Positions 1 through 11,036 of a DNA stretch of 32,000 nt are shown here, in pieces; positions within the stretch are counted from its first letter, which is position 1; every line of letters begins with the position of its first letter. The stretch is from Wallemia ichthyophaga EXF-994 (lineage: Eukaryota; Fungi; Basidiomycota). Position numbers and translations under genes: made by a program. The stretch covers positions 62,601-94,600 of the forward strand of contig NW_008806293.1 of NCBI RefSeq assembly GCF_000400465.1, in the 5' to 3' direction. Below the pieces are notes generated by a model that made no database searches, had not been told where the DNA came from, and saw only the letters and a list, made by a program, of their open reading frames with translations.

Positions 1-45
1 AAGTCCCATTAGAGTAGAAAATCTATTTGTGTCAGAACGAGTCGC

Positions 46-1138
46 TTACTCTGGTTTTTTGGAGATAAATAACATCATCGGGGTGAAGAGTTTCTTTTGA
101 CCACCTTCGACGAGAGCATCAGCAGCGACCTTGAGTGATTCTCCAACTTCAAATGTACCCTTTGGTACAACGCCGAACCTCTCGAGTACCTTTATACCAT
201 TTTGAGTCACAAATTTACCAACGCTTGTCATTCTCCAGACTGTGAAAATATCCCACAAGTTTTGACATTTTCTGATATCTCCTTCTAATGGATAGTACCA
301 TGGTATAGGATCCGGTCTAGCTGCAAGGTCTTCCTCGTGGAGAATCTCGAACCCGACCTTTTTCAAAGCGTTACGGGCATTTTCAACGTTACGCATTTCT
401 GGTATACCATCGCCGACTTCAATTCCGTGAGCCACTCTCTTGTGCTCAGGGTTGCGTGGGTCCCATTCGTCGGTCATACACCATTCGCTGTGGAAAAATT
501 AGAATGGAGGAGGGTACTTGAAAGTGTACTTACTAGACACCAAAGATACCACCTGGCTTGAGGATCTTCTTAATTTCATTGTAAACACCCTCGAAGTTTG
601 GAGCGTGAACGGTAGCCTCGATAGCGTAGACAGCATCAAAAGAGTTTTCACCGAACTGTTCGGACAACTTCATGAAGTCACCCTTGACGAAATCAACTTT
701 ATCTTCAAGACCAGCTTTCTTTGTGTATTTTCTTGCTCTCGCGACTTGGAAAGCGTTGTTGTTCAGACCGACAATGTTGGCATCTGAGAAGGTAGCAATC
801 TCTCTGGCAGGGCCACCGACACCACAGCCGACATCCAAGACCTTCATGCCCTTCTTCAAACCGATGTTTGAGGACAAATAATGCTCATGTCTGGCCAAAG
901 CTTGATAGAAGCCCTCACCCTTGTAATATCTACAGAAGTGGAAGGAAGTGCCCCATCCGTACTCGTAGAGCTCAGTAGCGCCATCGTAGTAGCCGTTGAC
1001 GACATCTTTGTAGACGTCCAACCTGTTTTGACGATCGGTTTCTGAGTCGTTCGAAGAATCTTTTTGCCAGAAGTTGTTGTAATTCTCGATACCAGCGTTT
1101 GAGCGCTTTCCGTCGTCTTGCTTGTTGTAAGTTGACAT
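46..1138 (-). CDS. ERG6: Sterol 24-C-methyltransferase (2 exons; intron 488-533)
   Basis: [22 protein letters not shown] motif [26 protein letters not shown] and a C-terminal sterol-MT domain ([13 protein letters not shown]). Intron GTAAGT...CACAG joins ...GIFGV-Y-EWCMTD. First ATG is at 1138; the ORF-track start at 1171 is TTG. Confidence 0.95.
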
Positions 1139-1218
1139 TTTACGTTGTGAGAGTTTGAGACCAAGACTCAACTAAATAATCAGCGCACTTGAGCTCGAAC
1201 TTCTAGGCGGGAAATTAA

Positions 1219-2062
<844 letters not shown>

Positions 2063-2103
2063 CTTATCTATAAAGTGGTGATTACATATATGTAAATTAT
2101 TCT

Positions 2104-2729
2104 TTAATCCTTTTTCTCCGTTTTGTCGGATGATTCAGTATTTTGGGCTTTGTCACTCGACTGGGCATCTTGATTAGCATTTTGATCTGTACCTGGTACA
2201 TCTTCCGTCTTCTCAGTTTCAATCCTACTACTCTGTTCAGCTTGTATTCTCTCAAAGGCCCTAACGACCTTTGATTGCAAGTAATGACTGTACGGCTGTG
2301 TATCTGGCTTGACTTTGTTTAAGTGACTTCTTCTTTGAGGTTTCTTTGGTTGGGCCTCTGCTTTCGGATCTACCTTAGGCTGAGGAGGGCTATTCATTTT
2401 GAATAGGTGATCATAGTTGTGTTGAATATCATCTAAACTAGCCTCTCGCTTGACATTCAAAATCAAATGAGCCTCATCAAGCGTCATCTTGAGCTGCTTT
2501 GTTGCGTGCTGAGATGGATTGGCTTGTGAAGCATTTTTATCATTTGACTGTTGAGAAGGTTCATTCAAATCAGGCTTGTGGGTTGCGTTAGAGACTGCTT
2601 GCCGACCCATTTCCATGAATGCCTTCCCGAAGGCTTTGCTAGCACCGAAAGTGACCTGGGCTATTAATTTCGGCAGATTAGACTAATAATTGGTCAGATT
2701 TCGTATAATACACAGATAGCACTCACCAT
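2104..2729 (-). CDS. PAM16: Mitochondrial import motor J-like protein Pam16/Tim16 (exon 1 coding part is ATG only; intron 2683-2726)
   Basis: MSNLPKLIAQVTFGASKAFGKAFMEMGRQAV N-terminus and J-like domain MTLDEAHLILNV...YDHLFKMN...SHYLQSKVVRAFERI. The intron has a GTGAGT donor, CTGAC branch and TAG acceptor (44 nt), and rejoins in frame with ORF 2104-2616. Confidence 0.88.
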
Positions 2730-4977
2730 GGATGCTTTGAAAATGGACGTTGAAGATCAAGTGATACGCAAGTTGGAGAAATCTGAATTATTGAGGGATT
2801 TAAATGTTTCTAAGGATTTCAATGATTTTAGTGAATACACCAGCAAATTAGGCGTTTTAAGCCTGTCAAATGTAGAGTTGAATCATCAATTCAATCAATT
2901 ACTATCAAACTATAATCAGCACGATAAGACTTATGATTTAAAAGCTGAATTGATTGAATTGAAGCAGCTGAAGGCTTATAATCATTGGCTATTAGATCTG
3001 ATTCAGTTGGGGAAACTACTCGATGACTTGGCTATTAATTTTGATATCAATAAATACAATTCTATCAGATTGATGGAGCTTGAGCTTCTGAGAAAGTACA
3101 ATAACCATGAATATATTTCAAAACTCAAGCAAAACACGTTCAATAAGATCAAAGATGACTTGATTTCAAGCTTGGTTAATGATCTTACTCGATTAGGATA
3201 CCCAAATGATGAAATCAGACCCCTAAACCTTGAAAATTACCCTTCATTTACTCTCAACCTTAGTAGATTGAATGAATTTGATATAGAGACGTGCAAAATT
3301 GATGATACTGATTACAGATGCCTTGTCGTTCAAGCCTTTGTTGAACCTATCAGAATTAGATTCGCTTACCACTTTGAAAGTAACTTATACACCAGCAAGC
3401 TCAATAAACCTGAATATTATCTCAATTATATCACTGACAACATCATCAAACATAGGAGATTTCTTTCTTCCGAAATACAGCACCTCACCCCGCATGATAA
3501 CACCCTGAATAGCTACGTCGATCAGCTTATTCAACTAACTAAGGGCAAGTTTGTCAGATCTATACCTTCTATGCTCGGTGTTCCGAATATACTCACTCAC
3601 ACTATCCATCAATGTCTGAAATTTGATCAATTCCTTCTCTCGCATGAGCTATCCACAAATGCTGTTATCTCTAATGCCTTTTTGAATAATGGCGATTGGT
3701 TCAACAGCTGGTTGGATTCTGAAACCAGGCTCGCGAACGACACGTTCCAATCCATTATCAGTTCAACGAATGCCTGGTCATTTATTCAGCAGACGTCTTG
3801 CAGTGATAATGAAGATGACTTCTCTCTAGATACGAAATCTTCTATCAACTGCACTGTTTCAGCTCAGAAAACTTTGGATCTGATTGAGGCAATCACGGGT
3901 GAGTATTTCCTAAGCAACATAACATCTTCTGAACAAAGTCTAGATAGGTACAGACCACTTCCATCGCTCCAACAGCGCGCCAATTTCTTAATTAAAGTGC
4001 AGCTTCCGTTGATAGAAAAATACGGTAACAAATTGACAATGTCTCTGGACGCATTTGAGTCTTATTCATCTACATTCATAGCAGCAATGTCAAGTGTACC
4101 GGGCTCGTTTGGAGAGAAGCATAAATCTAATCAGGAAGATTCACTAGGATCGTCCACCCTCACTAAACTTATCAAAATCATATTAAATGCGCAATATTTT
4201 AGTCAAGTAATATCTGACTTGGGTGAAGATATCTTTTTTTTGGAACTGTGGGATCATTTCACAGCCTCCTCACCAACTGACAACGGTACATTTGAGAAGA
4301 CCATTTTTTCAGAACTCGCGAGCATGTTTAATACTCTATCCCAACGCGCCCAAACCATTTTGATTGGCCATACAGCTTCATCAGTAATGCTTTCGTTCGA
4401 CGACTATCTTAAATCGAGACTGTGGAATCTAGACATACAACCTGAAAAAGACGAATATAGTCAGGAGCTGTCAAAATCTTACAGTATCTTGAAGCATCAC
4501 TTAGTTGTGATACATGAAGAGCTATCTTACAGTTACAGAATTGTAACAAAGGTGCTGATCAAAGAGATATCAAATACGGTGATGCAGTCGATTCGACGGA
4601 GTATATTTGAGCTGCGTCAACAATTTTCTCATCCCTCCAGCCAACAATTCTTAAATGACGTTATCAACTTTACCAAACTAAACACACCCCATTCAGACAT
4701 AACATTCAACTCGTTTATACCATTGATAGATCGCCTCATTCTACTCAGTCTACCTTCCAAACAAACAGATGAGAACTTGAAGGAGAGAACGCTGTCGAAA
4801 GCGATGCAATACGCATGGGAGGATGATTCAACACATTACAACAGATGGTGCCGTCAATTACATCTCAATGATCTGGCTATGGTGGGGTGTGCCGGTAATT
4901 TCGAGGACAGACGGTTTACAGTCGATCACGTCGAAGCTCAACGTATTCTCAGAATGAGAGTAGAGTGCTGGAGGTGA
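2728..4977 (+). CDS. TIP20: RINT-1/TIP20 family tethering protein (Dsl1/NRZ complex); probable in-frame intron 3899-3943
   Basis: 749-aa ORF with FVEPIRIRFAYHFESNLYTSKLNKPEYY, ILTHTIHQCLKFD, WFNSWLDSE, ITDRYRPLP and ILNAQYFSQVISDLGEDIFFLELW, all characteristic of RINT1/TIP20. The start could alternatively be the ATG at 2743. Confidence 0.85.
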   Translation: MDALKMDVEDQVIRKLEKSELLRDLNVSKDFNDFSEYTSKLGVLSLSNVELNHQFNQLLSNYNQHDKTYDLKAELIELKQLKAYNHWLLDLIQLGKLLDDLAINFDINKYNSIRLMELELLRKYNNHEYISKLKQNTFNKIKDDLISSLVNDLTRLGYPNDEIRPLNLENYPSFTLNLSRLNEFDIETCKIDDTDYRCLVVQAFVEPIRIRFAYHFESNLYTSKLNKPEYYLNYITDNIIKHRRFLSSEIQHLTPHDNTLNSYVDQLIQLTKGKFVRSIPSMLGVPNILTHTIHQCLKFDQFLLSHELSTNAVISNAFLNNGDWFNSWLDSETRLANDTFQSIISSTNAWSFIQQTSCSDNEDDFSLDTKSSINCTVSAQKTLDLIEAITGEYFLSNITSSEQSLDRYRPLPSLQQRANFLIKVQLPLIEKYGNKLTMSLDAFESYSSTFIAAMSSVPGSFGEKHKSNQEDSLGSSTLTKLIKIILNAQYFSQVISDLGEDIFFLELWDHFTASSPTDNGTFEKTIFSELASMFNTLSQRAQTILIGHTASSVMLSFDDYLKSRLWNLDIQPEKDEYSQELSKSYSILKHHLVVIHEELSYSYRIVTKVLIKEISNTVMQSIRRSIFELRQQFSHPSSQQFLNDVINFTKLNTPHSDITFNSFIPLIDRLILLSLPSKQTDENLKERTLSKAMQYAWEDDSTHYNRWCRQLHLNDLAMVGCAGNFEDRRFTVDHVEAQRILRMRVECWR

Positions 4978-5099
4978 TTACATAGTACACATAGAATCAC
5001 TTAGAATTTAAACCTATTTTCTCTGATAATTAAATTATGCATTATACACTGCCAAATCTACATGCTGTGCCTTCTCAATCTCTGACCATTACCACCGAG

Positions 5100-8000
5100 A
5101 TGTCCGCGGAAGAACTAAAGGGAATATTCCCACTCACAAAGCCATTGCCTTTACCGTCTAATAATACACCTCTTTCTAAAATCGTTGATCTCCAATTCGA
5201 AGAAGAGTTATCGAAAAATCCCACCAATCTGCGTGTCTGGTTCAGCTACATCGACGTCGTGAACTCCAAGCTTGAATTATTGACCCCAATTGAAGAGGAT
5301 GACAGTATATCCACGTCTACCAAGGAGTTACTGGGACCGCTCGCAACGCCAGATAGACGCACCATTTATCAGACTCTTACAAGTATTTACGAGAGAGCTC
5401 TCGGCGTATTTCCATTTAATTATCGGCTGTGGTATGCCTACCTGCTCATGAGGTTGTCATTTTTAACTGAAAACATCACCCACGACGATATCAACCAGCT
5501 GAGGAACAACAGAAGACGCTTAGTAAGAGGGCAGCCGTTGATCGATTTGGAGAAAGGTGACGAGAGGATCCCTTGGAAGGAGGTGTCTGAGGCTAACTAC
5601 TTGGATGGATTGATCGGCGAGTCTGAGTGGAAGGCCACTGCTGCCGTTTTTGAAAGATGCCTATCATGGCTACAGAGCGTGGGTGTGTATCGAAATCTAA
5701 TTCCTCTGTAACATATCCAAACAGATGCCACGTATATGGTTGTTGTATTTATCACTACTCAGCAATCCGGCCTGCCCACCCCGTTTAGGGCGCACACATG
5801 CTAGGCGTACGTTCGATAGAGCGCTGCGCACCCTTCCCCCTTCGCTACATATGCGTATTTGGCCAGCCTATCTCAATTGGGCCAAGTCGATGGGTGGACA
5901 TTGTCTGACCATCATTTGGAGAAGGTATTTGGCAGTTGATCCATACCCAATCGAGACCTACATTCAACTTTTACTAAATGGCGAGAAGCCTTCGAGTAGG
6001 GCCCTCGAGGCTTGTAAGCTTCTGCTCAAACTTTCAAGATTGTCAAGAGAGAATCACTATGTGTCTCCTCAAGGTAAAAGTCCCTACATGTTACTTAATG
6101 ATTGGTTGGAGGTTTGCTCCGAGTACGCTGACATTGTCGGCGTTGATGTCGAAAAGGCGACTGCGTTGAAACCGGTACAAGTCGGGGGACGACACAATGA
6201 AATGGATAAAATTACAGAAAGCATTTCAAAACAACCCGAAGACGAGAAGCCGGCTGGTATTGATTCAAATGTTGATGCTGATATTGACCCTTCAAATGAT
6301 CAGAAATTAGATGTTGATTATTTGGTACGCAAAGATGGTTTGTCAATATACAAAGACCAAGCTGGTAGATTGTGGACTGGATTGGCCACATACTGGATCC
6401 GTCGTGGAGAGTTCGAAAAAGCTCGTCAAGTGTTCGAAACGGCGATTAAGTCAGTGGTCACAGTCAGAGATTTCACGCAAGTGTTTGATGCTTATGCGGA
6501 GTTCAATGAGCAATTAGTAACATCTTTAATGGACGCCTTAGCAGATATAGATGATGATGAAAAAAATGATCTGGAGGAAGACCTGGATAGTAATATGCAA
6601 TCATTCGAGCATTTAATGGACAGGCGACCAATTTTAGTAAACGATGTAATGTTACGTCGTAATCCGAACGATGTCAACGAGTGGCAGAAGCGCATTGCAT
6701 TGTTCGACAATGACGACGAAAAGATTGTTAATACATACACAGATGCTATACTCACCATAAAACCCAAACAAGCAGTCGGATTTGGAGATCTTTATGCAAA
6801 CTTCGCAAAGTATTACGAATCCAAAGGAGATATAGGTAGTTCCCGTCAAATCTTTGAAAAGGCAATTGATGTAAATTACCGCCGTATCGACGAGCTCGCA
6901 GAAATCTGGATTCAATGGTCAGAGATGGAATTGCGACATGATAACTTTAACGAAGCGGTGAAGGTGATGGAAAGAGCAACGACTACACCAAAAAACACAA
7001 AGGTGGACTATTATGATGAGAGTTTGTCTCCACAGAGGCGATTATTCAAATCGTTGAAAATGTGGTCATTCTATGTCGATATTATGGAGAGTATTGGAAG
7101 TGTTGAATCTACCAAAGCAGTTTATGATAAGATTTTGGATCTAAAAATAGCCAATGCACAGATAATCATCAACTATGCTTTGTTTTTGGAGGAAAACGAT
7201 TACTTCGATGACAGTTTCAAGGTCTATGAACGCGGTGTGGACGCATTCACTTACCCTGTCGCATTTGAGCTTTGGAACGTATACTTGTCAAAGTTCTTGA
7301 AGCGTTATGTAAGTGAATGGACAAATTATATAGTATACTAACAAGATTAAAAGGGAGGATCTAAGCTGGAACTGGCGCGTGACTTGTTCGAACAAGCTGT
7401 TGAGGGAATACCAAGCAAATTCGCCAAACCAATATTTCTGATGTTTGGTAAATTAGAAGAGGAATATGGACTTGCAAGGAGAGCCATTAGAGTTTATGAA
7501 CGTGCTACACAAGCGGTCTCGGATAAAGACAAGTTTGAGGTGCGCAATTACACTAGATGACAATAATATTCTAACAGCAGTTGCGCAGATGTACAAGATA
7601 TTGATTGCAAAAGTAGCTATGAATTTTGGTCTCGCAGCTACGCGACCTGTCTACGAAAAGAGTTTAGAAGAGTTACCGGATAAGTCTGCGATAGTAATGG
7701 GCTTACGCTTCGCAAATCTTGAAAGGAAGCTCGGAGAGATTGACAGAGCGAGATCAATTTACGCGCATACTTCGCAGTTTTGTGATACAAGAATTCAAAA
7801 GGAGTTCTGGAATGAGTGGAACCAATTCGAAATTGATCACGGTAGCGAGGATACATTCAGAGAGTTCTTACGTATTCGTAGATCGGTACAGGCGTCATTT
7901 AACACAGAGGCACATTATTTGGCAGCGCAATCGCTGCACAACAACGCGAGCAAGTCGGGCGAAGATGGTGGGGAAGAAGAGGCGACTGCTATTAATGACC

Positions 8001-8152
8001 CAATGGCAAACGTTGAGAGAAATATACCAGGATTCGTCAAAGGGAAAACACAGGAGAAGGACGGTACAGGCGAGGAAGGGGATAGTGAAGGAGTTGAGGG
8101 AGGAGGAACTAATAATGAAGATGAGATAGCAATCGATGAAGAGGATATGTAG
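5100..8152 (+). CDS. SYF1: Pre-mRNA splicing factor Syf1/XAB2 (HAT repeats); introns 5679-5724, 7309-7353, 7540-7588
   Basis: FEEELSKNPTNLRVWFSYI, MPRIWLLY, ARRTFDRALRTLPPSLHMRIW, AGRLWTGLATYWIRRGEFEKAR, VMLRRNPNDVNEWQKRI, LFKSLKMWSFYVD, HGSEDTFREFLRIRRSVQA. The start is ATG 5100, or the in-frame upstream ATG at 5037. Confidence 0.96.
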
Positions 8153-8319
8153 AAGTACAATGGCATTATAAATAATAAAAATTTTCAAGAGTATTTAAAT
8201 TTCACTATACCACGTTCTCTCCTGGGAAAGAACTACGATGATAAAAAGATTTCAGCTGTCTGGGTTTAGTTGAATAAAACAAATTCAGTCATCTAAAATG
8301 TTTAAGAATCTCTTAAATT

Positions 8320-8434
8320 ACAACATGATGAGATAAACAAGCATAATTAGAGTCAAGCCTTGAGCCAATTTCTTCCCCTGTGTGGGTGAAATAGGCATGA
8401 AAGTAGTGCGTCCGCTTAATGGACTCTGAAGATT
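8320..8434 (+). ncRNA. snR66: Box C/D snoRNA, snR66-like (predicted 2'-O-methylation guide for LSU rRNA U equivalent to S. cerevisiae Um2417)
   Basis: Box C ATGATGA at 8325-8331, box D CTGA at 8426-8429, D' TTGA at 8360-8363. The guide AATTAGAGTCAAGC (8345-8358) is complementary (one G-U) to the conserved LSU sequence GCUUGACUCUAGUU. The D'+5 rule points to the second U of GCUUG. It is flanked by a 20-bp inverted repeat (8304-8323 / 8433-8453). The ortholog name relies on recalled yeast coordinates. Confidence 0.85.
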
Positions 8435-8491
8435 GTAATTTGAAGAGATTCTTTTTGTAAAATAAGCTTGAAATTTGATAGTAACACCCTT

Positions 8492-9596
8492 ATGCCTTTA
8501 CTTTCACCAATTCACATAGCTGCTTTTACTTCTGGTGCTGTTCTAGGTGCAGGAAGTGCTTATTATTACGGTAGCAAAAGTGTTGAAGGCGTTAAATTGA
8601 GCGCGTCTCCACCTACGCCTGTACCTGCGACAAATACTGCTTCGATTCCTACACAAGCTCCAACACCGGTTAACTCAATCCACAATCCTCAAGATGTTAT
8701 TAAAATGGGATTCCCAGGTTGTTCGACGTTGTATGCTTGAAATATTACTTATCTTTGCCTTATAGGCCCTATATCAGACCTTATGCGTCGAGAGGCGTAC
8801 ATTACTTCATATGATAGAACAAAGAGACATCCAGCATGGGTGAGTTTTATTACAGCAGATAATACCCATCAATCTTACTTGCCTTTCTCAATAGACAGCA
8901 CAACATTTGACCGCAGAATCACTTCAAAGAGACAAGTCAGCACCAGCTTCAGATAGAAAGAACAGTCAATTCAAAGAAGACAATGCAATTCCAGACAAGT
9001 TTAGAGCGAGATTGTCAACCTACTTCAGAAGTGGCTATGACAGAGGTCACTTGGTTCCAGCTGCAGACGCTAAATCAGGCCAAAATGCAATGGATCAGAC
9101 ATTTTATCTTACAAACATTGCACCACAAGTTGGTCCAGGTTTTAATAGAGAGTATTGGGCGTATTTCGAGACATTTTGTCGAAATCTCACCAAAGATTTC
9201 AGACACGTCTATGTGTTTACACTGCCACTTTACCTACCAACGAAAGAAATAGATGGAAAATGGAGAGTTAAGTATGAGGTTCTAGGTGATCCATTCAGTG
9301 ATACACCTACTATCAGTGTACCAACACATTTCGGTAAAGTGGTTATGGGAAGTAAGGACGAAGGACACAGGGATTTGTCACTTGCAGCTTTCGTGCTTCC
9401 TAACCAGGCTATTCCAGAACAAGTACCACTTCCTACGTTCTTACAGAGCATTGAAAAAGTCGAGAGAGATGCCGGTTTGATGCTTTTTAACGACAACGTC
9501 AAGTCTACAGCTAAAGAATTGTGCAAGCAAGTGAGATGTGAGGCTGTTGTGCGTAAATTTGATCAATTCGGTAAGCAGATTGGCAGTAAAAATTAG
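8492..9596 (+). CDS. NUC1: Mitochondrial endonuclease G (DNA/RNA non-specific nuclease); two introns near 8718-8765 and 8840-8895
   Basis: GFPGPISDL, YITSYDRTKRHPAW, SGYDRGHLVPAAD (DRGH catalytic motif), TFYLTNIAPQVGPGFNREYWAYFE, VPTHFGKV, AFVLPN. Confidence 0.95.
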
Positions 9597-9641
9597 ATAG
9601 AGAAGGAAGCAAAAGTACAAGAGTGCGCGTAGATAAATAAA

Positions 9642-10278
9642 TTATTCATTCGATAGTGTATCATGGAGTTGCTGAGGTGGTTGAGATTCATGTTGTGTGA
9701 TGTCTTGTTCAGCCTTGACATTAGGAGGATCTTGTTGCTCGGCAGGTGTAGGAAGTTGATGCTCAGATTGTTGCTGATCGGTTGATGTAGAATCTTCTTG
9801 CTTTGCTGGTAAAGAATCTTCTTGGATAGCCTGCGCAGATTCATCTTTAACAGAATCCTCTTTATCTTCATTTGTCTTAGACTTGCGACCTCTACGTTTC
9901 TTTGTTGCAGTGTCTTCCGAGGGAGCAGGTATTTTATCAGCGATTTCAGTCAAGAAGTCAAATTGTTCAGTATTTGAAATTGTCTGTTTGAGATGTTGTG
10001 CCGTCATTTTCTTAGCGCCCTTCTCCTGAGTTATTTTGATAGTCTCATCGACGAGAGCTTGCATAAATAATTCCAAAGCTTTAGCTGAAAATTGACAAAT
10101 AAGCCAAGTGAATATTCGATAAAGCTGAATACTAACAAATAAGTACAGGCGTTGCTTGTGCAACTTTACCAACTTCATCGTCCATTTGCATAATTTTCTT
10201 TATGCGAGCGACGGGAAATTTTGTATTCTTTTGCTTTTTGATAGCGGCATGAGATTGCTTTTGAGGTTGATCAGACAT
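9642..10278 (-). CDS. BUR6: Negative cofactor 2 alpha subunit (histone fold, DRAP1/Bur6); intron 10085-10136
   Basis: [29 protein letters not shown]|[12 protein letters not shown]...[20 protein letters not shown], followed by an acidic Q/P-rich tail. Confidence 0.93.
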
Positions 10279-10362
10279 TGGTGGTTGGTGTGGGTGCTGG
10301 TTGGTGTTGGTGGTTAGGTTGACAGCCAACAATCATCTAGAAGGGAGAAGCTAAATATTTAA

Positions 10363-10928
10363 ATGACATTTATTGATTCAAAGAGGAGGAAATTCAATGT
10401 GACTGGTGAGTTATACAGTGGAGTTGCTTAGTCGTTATATTGATATATTTACGGGATAGATCAACAATTACGAATTAAAAAAGTTATCAAGAGACAACAA
10501 CAACAACAACAACAACAACAGCACCAACAATCATTCAATCAAAATCTCATTGGATTACAGAATTGCGTTGTTTGTAGACGCAACTTCAATTTCAAGTTAA
10601 GCTCGATATCGGGTAATATCTGTGCAATGTGAGCAGGACTTAGATTATTCATTTAAATACCTTCTAATCCACTCACAGATGCAATTCACCTGCATGTTTG
10701 ATCTGCTCCCGTAATTGTAATGGCATCTTCAACTCAAACTCAAAGTGTGAGCAATCAACGCGTAAAAGATCGATCAATGAAGATACCATGAAGCTAGTCA
10801 TTCAAGGATGCTCAAGAGTTCTATGCAAGAATTGTATTATTGAAGAGTCAGTTTGTTTACTCATTATCTACCCACTAACACTACTCAGTCACCAAAATCA
10901 AATTTGTTTAGATTGTTACAAACAATAG
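10363..10928 (+). CDS. Small Cys-rich protein with SIVA-like C-terminal zinc-finger spacing and polyQ; introns 10406-10459, 10629-10678, 10847-10888
   Basis: Three GT-AG introns (54, 50, 42 nt) join one open frame with Cx2Cx15Cx2Cx4Cx2Cx3C-x30-Cx4Cx2Cx9Cx2C. The gene model is well supported by splice signals; the family assignment is inference. Confidence 0.7.
10495..10518 (+). repeat. (CAA)8 microsatellite encoding polyQ
   Basis: Eight consecutive CAA followed by CAG CAC CAA CAA in exon 2 of the Cys-rich gene. Confidence 0.95.
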
Positions 10929-11036
10929 CATTTTACTTTTAGTCATTGATATGTATTTCTATTAAATAAAATTTGCATCTTCTATGCCAGTTTTTGGTCT
11001 CCCTGTTGGTGTCTTCTCGGTTGAAATAAATTAAGC

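Noticed and set aside
9593-9596. Apparent overlapping stop codons (TTAG) between NUC1 and minus-strand ORF 9593-9871
   Set aside because: ORF 9593-9871 is an alternative frame inside the low-complexity tail of NC2-alpha. The real NC2-alpha frame ends at 9642, so there is no true overlap.
8492-10928. Endonuclease G and the SIVA-like gene close together as a possible cell-death cluster
   Set aside because: They are separated by the unrelated NC2-alpha gene, the SIVA assignment is tentative, and proximity is expected by chance in such a dense genome.
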